Of a DNA stretch of 64,000 nucleotides, positions 1 to 25,620 are shown one piece after another. Below the pieces are notes generated by a model. That model had not been told where the DNA came from. It did not search any database and saw nothing but the letters and a program-made list of their open reading frames with translations. Made by a program: the position numbers and the translations under genes. The stretch is from Gekko japonicus (lineage: Eukaryota): the NCBI RefSeq assembly GCF_001447785.1, contig NW_015163100.1:898534-962533 (forward strand), read 5' to 3'. Positions within the stretch are counted from its first letter, which is position 1. The number at the start of each line of letters is the position of its first letter.

Positions 1-1000
1 GGGTCCCTTTGTGCCGGCTCTCCCTCCCTGTCCAAGCAGCCGAGGAGGAGGAGGAGGAGGAGGAGGCGGTGGGCTCCTTCCGTCCCCCCAACCCCCTCCC
101 CGCCGCAGGGCCACAGGGGCGGCGCGGGGCGGGAACAAAGAGGCCTCCGCAGCAGCAGGTGACCTTGCCGGCGAGGAGGCGGTGACCTTGGCCCGCTCCG
201 TCCCGGCGCCGGGGTAGAAGGGCAGGGCTTCTCNNNNNNNNNNNNNNNNNNNNNNNNNNNNNNNNNNNNNNNNNNNNNNNNNNNNNNNNNNNNNNNNNNN
301 NNNNNNNNNNNNNNNNNNNNNNNNNNNNNNNNNNNNNNNNNNNNNNNNNNNNNNNNNNNNNNNNNNNNNNNNNNNNNNNNNNNNNNNNNNNNNNNNNNNN
401 NNNNNNNNNNNNNNNNNNNNNNNNNNNNNNNNNNNNNNNNNNNNNNNNNNNNNNNNNNNNNNNNNNNNNNNNNNNNNNNNNNNNNNNNNNNNNNNNNNNN
501 NNNNNNNNNNNNNNNNNNNNNNNNNNNNNNNNNNNNNNGCCAGAGGGCCCCCCGTCTCTCCTGAACCCAGCCCCCGGCGTGTCGTCGTCGTCTCCCCCCC
601 CCCCAGAGCAGGGCGGATTCCCCGCGAGAGAAGGGGGGTGGGTGTAACCCGAGGGGGGGGTCGGGGCGAGGCGGGAGGCGGTTGAGGCGCCGAAGGGTTT
701 GGGGGCGTCCGTCGCCTCCGCTTCTCCCCGGGCTGTCCGGACAGCCTCATGCATATGCTAATCGGCATGCATCATGCAGCGCCGGCCCCTGTCCTCGGCC
801 GCGCGGATCGGGGCGGGGCGGAGGCTTCCTTTGTGGGGCGGCCCCTCCCTGGCAGGAGCTCTTCCCCCTCTGCCAGCCTACATTTTTTTGAAGGGATGCT
901 GCTTTTCAGTCCCGCGCGGCTGCTCGCCTCCTGCCGGGCACCAGATCCGGGGCGTGGACTGGGAAAGCCTTTGTTCGAACCGGCTCCAGAAGAGGAGTCT
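1..1000 (+). promoter_or_regulatory. TUBB3 CpG-island promoter and start of intron 1
   Basis: GC/CpG-rich with GC boxes (GGGGCGGG). SOX-type sites AACAAAG at 134-140 and CTTTGT at 7-12. Paired TGACCTTG at 160-167 and 183-190. The N gap lies where exon 1 is expected. Confidence 0.6.
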
Positions 1001-1187
1001 GATGCGGAGGTGCCCCTGCACTGAGAGGAGTCGCTGGCTTTGGCACATCTCCCCGGCTGATCTGAAGGGGGGTGGGGTGGGGGTGCGCGCAGCTCCGGGA
1101 TCCTGCCCGTCCTGTCCTCGGGAGCCGTCCTCTGCCCGTGGATCGTCCCGTTTCGTCCAGATCAACCGTGTGAGGAAGGTTCAGAGG

Positions 1188-1359
1188 AGAGAGTTGTGAG
1201 CTTGTGCCCATTCTGGAGGGCAAGGCGTCTGACTTGGACTGGGGAGACATGAGAGCAAATCCTCCGGTGCAGGCCTGCACCGGAGGATTTGCACTCATGT
1301 CTCCCCAGTCCAAGTCAGACGCCTTGCCCTCCAGAATGGGCACAAGCTCACAACTCTCT
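1188..1359. repeat. 172-bp near-perfect palindrome (86-bp arms, no spacer, 1 mismatch)
   Basis: 1188-1273 is the reverse complement of 1274-1359; centre is AGG|CCT. Confidence 0.95.
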
Positions 1360-2459
1360 GCCCCGGCCGGGATGTGCGTGATGGGCCTGCAGAGGCTGAG
1401 TCGTCTGGGCGTCTCCAGCGGGAGCCCCCTCATTGCAGGCATGAGTCACCGGCAACGGGCCCTTCTCAGAACACCGCTGGCGGCAGCCAGTGCTGGGGGA
1501 GGGGGCCATGGCAGGTAGACGGACCCCCTTTCACACACACCCTGGTTCCTGGTGCGGCCTGGTGACGACGAGGGCTCTGTCCCCTAAAGAGCGGGGCCGG
1601 TGAAGAGGCCCCTCCCCAGCCCCACGAGGATTCAGCAGGGGCCCCCCCCGCCCGAAAAGCACCTGGACAGGCCTTTGCCCCCCTTCTGCTGACTAGGAGC
1701 AGCCAACATCTTTGTCAACAGAAACTCTTCCTTGTCATCCTGTAAGAGGAACCCGTTTAAGCCTCTACCTGCGAGGAGCCCTTTGTTTCTAGGCGAGGTG
1801 CTAGAAACTGAACCGTAAGCAGCGGCTCTTCTGGGAGCACTCAGAGAAATGGCCCCTGTCCGGTGTTTCCCCTAAGCTGAGTTAGTGTGAGCCAGCTCAC
1901 TTTTTTTAGCCTCCGGCTCACACATTTTTGTCTCAGCTCAGGAAGGGAGGGCTCCAGAGCAAACTAATCTATGCAGCAGTCAAGTCGCTGGCTCACAACT
2001 TTAATGACAGCAGCTCACAAAGGAGAGTTTTTGCTCACAAGGCTCCGCCGCTTAGAGAGAACATCGCCCCTGTCTGCCTCCTACGCTGCTCGTCTTCTGG
2101 AGTCTGCCCCAGTATCCAGCAATGGAAAGGCACGCGCTGTTTCCCCGTCCTCTGACGCTGTGCGGCTCTCTCTCACTCCCAAGACAGAAGAACGCTGCTG
2201 TGTTTCAAACGTGCACTGGAACCTGAGCAGCCCTCGGCTGCTTTCTCTTCCCTTCACGGCTAAAAGCATCAGTTCCTGGGCTGAAGGAGGGGGCAGATCT
2301 GGTTCAAGAGCGGGGCAGCGTCCGGCTTGAGCGTCCCCTCTTCTATCTGGGCTGGACGTGAGAAGAGGCAAGCCGACCAGGAAGTTGGGTTCCTGGCTGC
2401 AGCACCGGCTCAAAATAGGTTGCATGTCACTTTGACGGCGGCGTGTGGGCGGTGGTGGT

Positions 2460-2480
2460 TTCAGCACCATGGCCAGATCC
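2460..2480 (+). promoter_or_regulatory. RE1/NRSE (REST-binding) element in TUBB3 intron 1
   Basis: TTCAGCACCATGGCCAGATCC versus consensus TTCAGCACCnnGGACAGcgCC, with canonical 2-nt spacing. Confidence 0.7.
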
Positions 2481-3106
2481 CTCCAGCTGCACAGGTGACT
2501 CTCAGGAAGAGGCCTTGGCTGCTGGAAGCCAATGGCCAGAGACGGATGAAGGCTCACTGGTGCCCTAAGCACTGACTCATCTTGGTGCCCCCCACCCTCC
2601 TTTCCACACTGACCCAGTCCATTTTAGCTGTTGACCTGTCTGACCAGATATACAATGCAGGTTGCAGCCATACAGAAATTTATTCATATGATGATAACAC
2701 AATATACTGTACAAACTAAGCTTTTCACCCTTTCCCCTACTGTGTGGCGCCCCCTTTGGCCCTGGTGCCCTAAGCACGTGCTTAGTCTGCTTCATGGTTC
2801 ATCTGCCCCTGCCAATGGCCACTTGCTGCTTTCTGCCCAGTAGCCCTTTCGAGGGTGGTTTTGCTGATAATCTCCAATTACTAAGGATGGGGAAACTGCC
2901 AATAAGATGAGCTGCTGGCCGAAGCAGCAAATGCAATCTGGCAAATACTCTCTTAAGTCCATCACACAGAATCTGTCTTAAATCCATGGCTAATTCCACA
3001 GAACTGCCTGCCCTCTCTGAGATCTATAGGAGAGAGCAGCCTTACCGGATCTGACCCTTGCTCTTTTCGGCCCACCACACCAGGGCTCTGACAGATGCTT
3101 TGCTGA

Positions 3107-8179
<5,073 letters not shown>

Positions 8180-8488
8180 GAGTTCCGGGCCAGGGGCCGT
8201 GTCCAGTTCCTCCCGGTGAGAGCTGAGCACCGACAAGGCCCTCTAGTTCATCGTCCTCCATTTTTGCTACCCCTTTGCTGAGTTCTAGGCAACCAGCCGC
8301 TAGTTGCTTCTGATTCAAGGGTTCCAAACTGGAAGACTGTTCCGTATGTAACTGTCTTCCCCCTCCCCTCCCCCCCGTGTCTTCTCAGTTAGCGCCGCTC
8401 CCTCTGTCCTCCATCACTTTAATAACGTCAAGGGCCCTGGTCTTTATTTTTTATTGGTCTGTGTCTATTTTTATGTTTTGGAATACTT

Positions 8489-8494
8489 AATAAA
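8489..8494 (+). terminator. TUBB3 polyadenylation signal
   Basis: AATAAA about 310 nt after the stop codon, preceded by a U-rich tract. Confidence 0.75.
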
Positions 8495-8976
8495 TCTATT
8501 GCTGTCCAGCACCTGAGTTATCCTTCTCTTTGCAGCTTCTGGGGGGTGGAAGGCTCTGGACTGAGGCCCGAGGCAACCATGCCTCTGAACTCCCCCCCCC
8601 GGCTTGGCCTGGGGAAGGGAGGGTTCTAGCATGCAAGGACAGGTTGGAAGACACACACACACATACACACCACAAGGCCCCTGCCAAAGGCTTCCGAAAG
8701 CGCCCCTTCCTGGCTGTTTTGCATGAGAAGAAAGAAAAGACTGGGTGGGGCTGAGGTGTCCATGCCCCAGCCTCTCTGCCTGGAAAGAAGACAACGGCTG
8801 TTACCTGCATTGTGACTTACACGTGGTGTGTGTGGCCACTGGGCACAGGTGGGCTTTTGCATCCTGCAGGCTCAGCACCAGCTATTAGCTCAGGTAACTG
8901 CAGAGGGAAGAAGTCGCCTTGAGGTCACCCCTTGGACAGGGCCCAGAGACGGTGGCTTCTGGAGACACAGCAAAAG

Positions 8977-9382
8977 TGTTGGGATTCTTTGATTCAGGGT
9001 CGATGGTCGTATTGCAAACACAAGAGCCACACTTAGTAAAAGAAAAATATCTTTACTATAAAACAAAATAAAACATAGATAGGGTACTTTGGATAAAAGA
9101 AATAAAATAAAAGGTTACATACTTGCAGTTACTCTCAGTAGTATATGCTAACAGCTACATCTTTCTATCTGTCTTGGCTTCTAGAAGGAGAACTACCGCT
9201 TTGGTTCACACAAAGGGCCATAAACCTTGTGAAAACATGAATGCTAGATCAAAGCATTTCTACACACAAGATGTTAGTTGACCAATACAAAGGTTACAGG
9301 TCACTTCATTAGGATAAACAACTCCCATAAACTTTCCCAACCGTTGAGTACATTATGTAATGTAACATCCTGTTTCCTAACA
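8977..9382. mobile_element. Possible solo LTR
   Basis: TGTTGGGA...TCCTAACA termini around an AT-rich block; no matching TSD found. Confidence 0.35.
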
Positions 9383-10249
9383 AACAACATTTAACTCTGT
9401 AATGACTGAAGTGTAAGCAACTTGCAATTCCAACAGGAAGGCTTCAGCTCCCTCTGACCAGGTGCCCGCCTTTCTCCATCCCATTTGTAACCGCAGCCTT
9501 CTTCTCCCAGGAGCTGGGGGGGGCAGGGTTCCTGGTTCTCCCCCCCCCCAGTTCCTGACCTCACAACAGTCTTATCAAGGAGTAGGTCTCTCCCACTGAG
9601 CTGCACCCAGCCTCCGACTCTCTAACCAAGACCTTTAACCCCTAGTCTAGAAACTTCTGGCACATTTTTTTGTTGTTCAGTTGCACAGTCGAGCCCATAC
9701 TGGTTTAACTGGCCTCCCCAAGGAACCTGGGGAAAATGCGAATACACAATGAGGGTGGGGGGGGGGAGGAAGAGATCTCCAGCAGAATTCTAAACCACTC
9801 TGAATTGTGGTTTCCAGGATTTTTTTTTTTGGGGGGGGCACTAGGATTACTGAATTGTGGCTCAGAGGTAGAACCTCTGCTTGGCATGCAGAAGACCTTG
9901 GGGTTCAGTCTCCAGGTTAAAGGATCCGGTAGGAGGTGATGGGAAAGACCCTTTCCTGCCAGAGGCTCTGGGGAGATGCTGCCGGTCTTGCCTTGACGGA
10001 CTGATGCTCTGATCCCGTGGAAGGCAGCTCCACCTGCTCATTCAGGGGGGGAGGGGGGGTTGTGGGCGGCTCAGTGGAAGAGCCTCTCCTCGGCGTGCGG
10101 AGGGCCCCAGGCTCAATCCACCCACCCCCCAGTTCCAAAGGGCCAGGCAGTCGGTGCCCTGGAGGGCCTCCGGCCCGGTACCCTGGAGGGCTGCGGCTGC
10201 CACCAAACAGGAAATCACGCGGATGGACTGAGGGTCTCAGCCTGTTTAC

Positions 10250-11250
10250 ATACGTGCAGCCAGCACGCGCCTCGCCCCCCCCTTCGTAGAAGCTTTTTTT
10301 GGGGGGGGGGCGGAGTGGGACCCCCGAAGAGGTCCTCCCATTGGCCACCGGCCCGGGCTGGGGCGCGTTCCGGAGACGGGCGCGGGTGTGGGCCAGAGAG
10401 GCTCGGCAGCAGGCAGGCGCCCTGCCCGGGAAGCCCAGCGCCCGGCCGGACTCCCCTNNNNNNNNNNNNNNNNNNNNNNNNNNNNNNNNNNNNNNNNNNN
10501 NNNNNNNNNNNNNNNNNNNNNNNNNNNNNNNNNNNNNNNNNNNNNNNNNNNNNNNNNNNNNNNNNNNNNNNNNNNNNNNNNNNNNNNNNNNNNNNNNNNN
10601 NNNNNNNNNNNNNNNNNNNNNNNNNNNNNNNNNNNNNNNNNNNNNNNNNNNNNNNNNNNNNNTCTCCCCGATGGGCAGGCAGGTGAGCGCGGGAGACGGG
10701 GACGGTGGAGACGCACCGCGGGCGGGACGCTTCCCGGACTGGCGCGGCCGGCTGCCCCGCCCCCCTCGCCGGGGCCTCTGGGCTGCACAGCCCGCCGTGG
10801 CTGCCTCCGCGCAGAGGAGGAGGAGGAGGCGGGCGGAAGGGGCGCGGCCAGGGCGGGGGTCGGCGCCTCCCCCCGGCCCGGCGGGACCCTCCCTCGCTCG
10901 CCCGCCCCCGGGGTACCCCGGCGCGCTTCCTCGGCCCTCGTCTCCCCTCCTGCTCCGTTTCTGCGGCACAGCCCCGTCGGGACCGGCCGCGAGGCCGTAG
11001 GGGCGGAAGGAGGTCGGCTCGGGACACCGGCCTGGCTTGTCAGACCGCGCTGGGTTCGCAGCCCCGGCCCGGCAGCTCCAGGCCAAGCCCGCCTCCGCCC
11101 CGGCCAGAGGCACCCCCCCCTCCAGCCCGCGGGGGAGGGGGCCTTCTCGCCGGCGCAACCCCCCTCCCGCTCAGAAGGGCACAGGGCGCCCGCCCAGCAG
11201 CGGCAGGGGGCACAGAGACCCGTTACTCCAGGGCAGGGGCGCCTGGGCAG
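10250..11250 (+). promoter_or_regulatory. DEF8 CpG-island promoter and non-coding first exon (donor CAG|GTGAGC at 10682/10683)
   Basis: Very CpG-dense; reverse CCAAT near 10340; N gap 10458-10662; strong 5' splice site just after the gap. Confidence 0.6.
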
Positions 11251-11997
11251 CATTTGAAAACAGAGCCGGGGGGGGGGGAAAAAAAGGTTTCACCTACTCT
11301 ATACTCGGACGCCCATTTGTGGATTCACCCCCTGCCGAGGGTTTCTAAGCAAGCCCCCTTTCCCAAGGAGGAAGCTCTTTTAAGGCCAGCCGGTTTCCTT
11401 TTCACATCCTTCTGCTTTAAGGGCGCTGGGTCCCAAGCCGCGTCCCACGGGCCAGGGAGGGGGTGGAGCTGGGTCCCCTGGCAGATGAGGGCCTCCCAGA
11501 AGAGCTCCCCAAAGCAGAAGCGGCTCCTTGCCGGACGTCATTTTCAAGGCAGAAGCCAAGAGTCAGCGGTGCCTTCAGCCGGGGAGAGCCTGGCGCCCTG
11601 CTGGGACTAGTGGGAAGGGCCGTGCACCTTAGAAACCGCACTCGGTAGGCTTTCTCCTCTCCCCTTCCCTTCTCCTCCAACCGAGGGACCCTTCCTGACC
11701 AGAAGTAGTCATCCGAGGGAGCTGAGCGTTCTTCATGGGACTCCAAGCACCTTTGCGGAAGGAGAATTCCTGAGGAGGTTGCCCTGTCCTGGGGCCCGAC
11801 TCTCCTCTGGGCCTCGATCGCTGCACCTCAGAGGGGCAAAAGGTCGGCTCAGGATATGTTCTCCGTCATGGCTCAGTGGAAGAGCCTCTGCTTGGCCTGC
11901 AGAAGGTCCCAGGTTCAACCCCCGGCCTCTCCAGCGAAAAGGCTCTGGTCGTGTGCAAAAGACCTTGGCCCGAGACCTTGGACATCTGAGTGGACAC

Positions 11998-12205
11998 CAG
12001 TGCTCCCTCTAAGCTGTGGAGTCTTGTGAGCAAAAGTTCTACTTTGTGGGCTGCTGGCATTAAAGTTGTGAGCGAGCGGTTTGGCTGCTGCATGAATTAG
12101 TTTGCTCTGGAGCCCTCCTTCCTGAGCTCTGAGACAAAAATGTGTGCGCCGGAGGCTAAAAATCCGTGAGCTAGCTCACACTCACTCAGCTTAGAGGGAA
12201 CCCTG
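11998..12205. mobile_element. ~205-bp hAT MITE (CAGTGTTCCCTCTAAG family)
   Basis: TIRs plus an 8-bp TSD gtggacac/gtggacat. Further copies at about 1861-2066, 16392-16591, 36261-36420, 38585-38793, 39891-40097, 52341-52546, 60222-60417 and 61068-61270. Confidence 0.85.
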
Positions 12206-12528
12206 GTGGACATTCGTGATCTCAGAGGACAGTCAGGGGTCTGATTCAGCCCAAGGCAGCTTCACGTGGCTCTCTCTGTGCACTTCCAGGAAGTCCCTGG
12301 CAGTGACATCATCGTCGCTTGGCCTGGCATCGCACGGGAGGCACACGTGAGGCTGGGTGCCTCGGTGACTCTCCTGGTCACCTGAGGCTGCCCGACTGGC
12401 TTTTCTGCCTCCCGTGACTGCAGGGCACAAACAACCCTTGCCGGACAAAAAGGCCATCTCGGGGCAGAAGCCAGGCCCGGAGGTTCTGGCCTGAGTGTGT
12501 GTCTGGGGTGACTGGACTGAGGCTCTGA

Positions 12529-20800
<8,272 letters not shown>

Positions 20801-21563
20801 GGAGATACTTTCTGCCTTCCCTTGGCTGGAGAAGGGCCGCACTGGGGGACGTGGTTTCACACGCTGCTGCCCAGGAAGAGTTCAGCCCAGATGGGCAGGG
20901 AGGCCCAAGCTTTGCACAAGAGTGCAGCCAGAAACGTTTTGTCCAAAGCTGGAAAACGACACGACCGGGTGGCTTCAGTCCAAGACTCTCCTCCAGTGGA
21001 GGGGCAATCAAGAGTGCATTTATCCTGCACGCACTGATGTTTGCAGACTTTCCCTGCCTGGAATCTTGAGGCTGAGAGATCAGCTCCCCTATGGGTCTTG
21101 GCCCTGAGTGGGAGGAGGACGTGCCACGTCGGTCCAAGGATTACTCCTGGTATGCAGGGAGCAGTCCTGGAGAAAGGACAGCTTGTCTGTGCTGTGAAGG
21201 AGTTCTTCGGTGCACCGTAACATCGGCACGCTCTGCTGGTGTTCAGCAGCAAGAACATCTGGGGGGCATACAAACCCCAAGGGGGAGATGCCTCCACTGA
21301 GGACGGCGTGTTCTTGCGGAAGGTGAACTCGATGGGCTTGGCTCAAGGGACCACTGGATGTCTAGAAGACATTTCCCACTGACGTGGGTCCTCTGTGTTT
21401 CTCTGTCAGAGGTGGGGAGAGAAGCCAGAGGTGTTCCCTCCTCCTTCTTCTTCATTGCCACTGTGGGTAGTAGCAAATCCAAAGGCTGACTGGATTGTAA
21501 AGTTGGGACAGCCCTTGTCACTCATGACAGGAATAATTTATCACGAGCACTAAAATCACTTTA

Positions 21564-21569
21564 AATAAA
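21564..21569 (+). terminator. DEF8 candidate polyadenylation signal
   Basis: AATAAA about 760 nt after the stop codon, followed by a GT-rich tract; a second AATAAA lies near 21827-21832. Confidence 0.55.
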
Positions 21570-24500
21570 GTCGTGTTCAATCTTGCTGGGCTGCTCTGGT
21601 TTTGAGCAGGCCTGCCTTCTTGCTTGCCAGTTTCCGGCTAGAGGTGACGTCTCTCCTCTTCTCACTTCCCCAACAGAGCTTTTGTGTTGCGTCCACTTCT
21701 GGCTGCTACTAGTAACTCTTGTGAAGGAACAGACTGGCAAGCCTGGAAGGTCAAAAGACTCCACGGCTTTTCCCGGTCTCCACCTGCTAATGCTGTCCCT
21801 TCCCCTCACTACCCTAGAGACCCAAAAATAAACTGTCACCAGTGACTCAGTCTCTCCTGCCAGATGGAGTCATATGTCTATTATTCTGTATCTGTTACCA
21901 TTCAGAGGCTCCACCTGGCTGTGCATCTGCCTGCTTCTCTCCTACAAACTAGTGCAGGGGCGATCTATCACAACTTCACAATTTAGAGCTCTCATGTTCC
22001 AGGAATGCTCAGCTTCTCAGCTGCCCCTTCCCGTTACCACACTTCAGACGGCAAGACTGAATAGGCCCGGTGTGTTCCCAGAAGTCAGACTGAGGACATT
22101 CAAAATACAAGGCAGGTTAATAAAATATTACACAGGTTCTCTTCACACACCTCAGGCTGAGCAAGGACACAAAGAAAAGGTGAGGATATGGAGTCTCCTT
22201 TNNNNNNNNNNNNNNNNNNNNNNTTTCCCTACGCTAGGTACTTCCTAAATGATGTTTATATAGGTCAGACTAGTTTACCTGAACTTGCAATAGTTTAAAG
22301 TTCAGCATTACCTTAATTCTCATGATTTACCCTTCCCTCTGTATTCTTGTGTTGTGGACAAGATAGAGTCCGTAAGTGAAAGCTTGGTTCATATCTTCCA
22401 GCTCCAAGAGTAAGAGTTAAGAGAGCGTCTTCCTTCTAACCTCTGTTTTTCTCCCACCCCCACTGGGGGTGACCTTACTGTTCCTGCCTATCCCCTAAGA
22501 AAGTTTTCCTTCTATAACTTTAGTCTATGGTTTATGGTTCTTAGCGTGACTTACTGGCAGGATGTGAAATAGGAAACTAATTGCCCTACCAGCCTAGTTA
22601 AGAACTTGGGGGCTTGACTGCTCCTTCCTTTAACCCACTTCTTTGTGCCAGCTACTAGCCTGCAGCTGGGCTCCTGAGCATGGAGAGAGAACAGTCACAA
22701 TAACTGAAATATTGGCTTGAATTCTTGGGTAGAGGGCATTTCTCAAAAACTCTTGGTGGATAACTGGGGAAGGGGATTGTACCACTCTTTGACCAAGCTC
22801 AGCAGACTTGGAATTGCTGGTGTCTTAAGTGTTTGTGGGAAGTTGTGTGAGAAGTGTACAGATACAACTGAAGTTGCTTAGGCCAGTTAGAGAGGAAGAC
22901 TGTGTCCACAGAGTCTGTGTTGGGGTGCAGGGTGCATTTATCAGGCATGAACAGACATCCTGGAGAGAAGAAAGAGAAAGGCAGGAGCTAGACAGAAGTT
23001 GGCTTGTTTAGAAGACTGTGGCAGGGCTGTGTTGATGCGGTTGCACTCCCCCTCCTGCTCTTGGTGTGACAGTGTTCCTTGCTGTCACAACTTTTGGGAA
23101 ATAACAGAGGAAAGCATGTGCCGGCTTCAGCCCTAGGACAGTCCCTGGTAGTCCAGGACCAGCAGCCTTACTGACTCCATGGCCACTTTGAAATGGAGAG
23201 AAAGAGTAGGAGGCACTACTCGGGGAGGCCCTAATCCTTACCATATGTATTTTTAATTATTTTTTTGGGGGGGGGTTGATGATTTTTTGATGATTTTGTA
23301 GGACATAAACATTCAGGTTGTAGTATTAATTGTTTGAGCTTGCTGGTACTTTTGCAATAGATTGTGTTGGCTGGCCTTAGTTAAGTGGGTGAGACTTTGT
23401 GGGGTCAGAGACTCTTGACAGCAGCCAGCTGATGCCGCTACATAAGCCCCTGTACAACAGACATTTTGTATGCATGAATAGGGCTTCTGGCCCTGGGTGG
23501 GAACTGGAGGGGGAGGAGTTGGGGTTCCTGGCTGAGACGGGGGGGGGGGGGGGCACGGGTCCCCCATTTCCTTCCCTCTCTTGTTGTTCCTCTCATATTT
23601 ACTTTCGCTTCCCATAATGAAGTCCCCCTTCCCCGGTTTCTTTTCCATTGCTAGTGCAGCTGCTGTTGTGGTGAAGCAGTTTCAACCCCCCCCCCCCAAA
23701 AACCCATCCTGTAGGCTCAGGCACCCACTGGTTTTTAAGCTGCTGCTCTTACTGCAGAAGTGACTGGATCTCAGGTGTGCTCCTTGCCGATACTAGTGCC
23801 AATACTGGGCACGCAGTGGAGTAAAGTGGAGAAGGAGTGTGGGTGAAGGGCAGAGAAAGGGGAAGAAGGTAACAGGAATGGCCGCAAAGGAAAAAGAAGT
23901 GTGACCCGGAGAGGAGGGAACTTAAGGGATGCAGGAGGGCCAGGAAGCAGGGCAGCAGTCATTCTTTGGGATCTTTGTGGCCTTTTGGGGCATTTCTTCT
24001 AACAGGTTTTTAAGGCAAATGAGGCTTGGGTGAGGGTAGTACTATTGGGTTAAATGTTTTTTTAAAAAATCAATTGCCTTGGGAGCACAGAAGCTTTACA
24101 CAGGATCTCTGATCCTCCATGCTTTCCTGGTTAAGGGGAAAATGCTGTTCAAACAAATTACAAAGATGGTAAAATGGTAAAAAGAAATTTTACTCACAAA
24201 AATGGAAGTGTATCTTACGTATTTATGTAGGTAAATTTAACTTGCAGTGAACAGACTAACTTCAAAAAGGTTAACTTGCTACAGGTAACAGAGAAGAAGA
24301 GAGGTCCTACATAAGTTGAAAACAGAAGGCAAGCAATAGTTAAAGTAGCTCAACATCTAACTGATGTCAACATCTAACCGATGCCAAGTGTACCTGAGTG
24401 GGAGAATTCTCTTAACCCGCTCCCTCCCAGACCCTCTTGCTGCAAGCAGAGTTGCAACATCCAATCGGAACTTGGTTCATCCTGTTCCGAAGCCACTGCT

Positions 24501-24912
24501 GCCAGTGGGAGACAAAATCCACAGGCAGCTGCGGCATCTGGGTAAAGTGTGGCTCCAGGGCTAGGCTGGCTGATGGGGGACGTCCCATTGGAGGTTGTTA
24601 CAGAGGGTGGCTGCGTTGCTCTGCCCAGGAGTAGAGCTACCTTCAAGTTCAGCAGCACCTTAGAGACCAACAGGGTTCGGGGGTGCGAGCTTTCCAGAGC
24701 CAAAGTGCCCCAACTGCCAGTGGGAGTGAAGCTTGCAGGGGAGCTCGGGGTGGTGGTGGAGAAAAGGCAAGGTGGCGGGTCACATTCAGGAAGGCGCTGC
24801 GACTCATGAATGTGCGCCCCCCGCAAAGAACCTGCAAGGGAACCGTTAAATACTGGGTTCTGGACGCATTGCAGTGATCAGCTCTAGTTTATTTAGTGAT
24901 TTCAGGAACACA

Positions 24913-25188
24913 AGAAGGAAGAAGAGGAGATTGGATTTATACCCCACCCTTCACTACCCAAAGGTGTCAGAGTGGCTTACAAACCCTTCCCCTCCCCACA
25001 ACAGACACCCTGTGAGGTAGGTGGGGCTGAGCGAGCTCTTGACAGAAACTGCTCTTTTTCAAGAACAGTTCTTATCAGAACTACAGCTTGCCCAAGGTCA
25101 TCCAGACAGGTGCAAGTGGAGGAGTGGGGAATCAAACCCAGTTTTCCCAGATTAGAGTCCACACACTTAACCACTACACCAAACTGGC
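24913..25188 (-). mobile_element. tRNA-derived squamate SINE
   Basis: Full-length copy of the family at 17245-17518. Confidence 0.85.
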
Positions 25189-25469
25189 ACCCAGCAAGGC
25201 TTGAGCCCTGCTTATAAAGCATGCAAACACCACACCCAACACACACACACTCCCAATGATAGGCTATTTACTTTACACTACTTATCTACTGGTTTGCTCC
25301 AGGATCCTGGTGAGCTATTGTTCTAGAGTAGCAAGCTCAACCCCTTCCTGGTACAGCTTGAGGAATGGCTTAGGCTCGATACATAACAGTAACCTAAGAA
25401 AACACCCTCCTCAACTCGGGGGAAATTCTTGTCAGTCAACCCAGGCTATATAAGTGTCATTGAAATATA

Positions 25470-25620
25470 TGGGCGGGGTGTCCTCCCGCATCCGAATCAA
25501 CAGGAAGCGGGGAGTCCGCTCTAGCAGGGAAGGACTCTCCGGCCTTTCCGCCTCTATGGTTCGGGGGGGGGCAGAGGCGCATGCGCCCTACCCGCTCGAG
25601 AGCGTCGGGACAATAATGGC
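25470..25620 (+). promoter_or_regulatory. AFG3L1 CpG promoter with NRF1 site (GCGCATGCGC, 25577-25586), ETS/GABP-like CAGGAAGCG and a GC box
   Basis: Motifs read directly from the sequence; NRF1 plus GABP is the classic combination for nuclear-encoded mitochondrial genes. Confidence 0.7.

Noticed and set aside
906-1518. ORFs on opposite strands sharing the peptide PILEGKASDLDWGDM
   Set aside because: A direct consequence of the 172-bp palindrome, not a gene.
9917-11610. Long overlapping ORFs (200-400 aa) at the DEF8 island, and similar ones at 59000-61100
   Set aside because: These arise from stop-codon-poor, GC-rich CpG islands and N gaps; no recognisable domains.
22070-22640. AT-rich LTR-like block (also about 24140-24430)
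   Set aside because: I could not find matching TG..CA termini with a TSD; probably repeat-derived but unclassifiable by eye.
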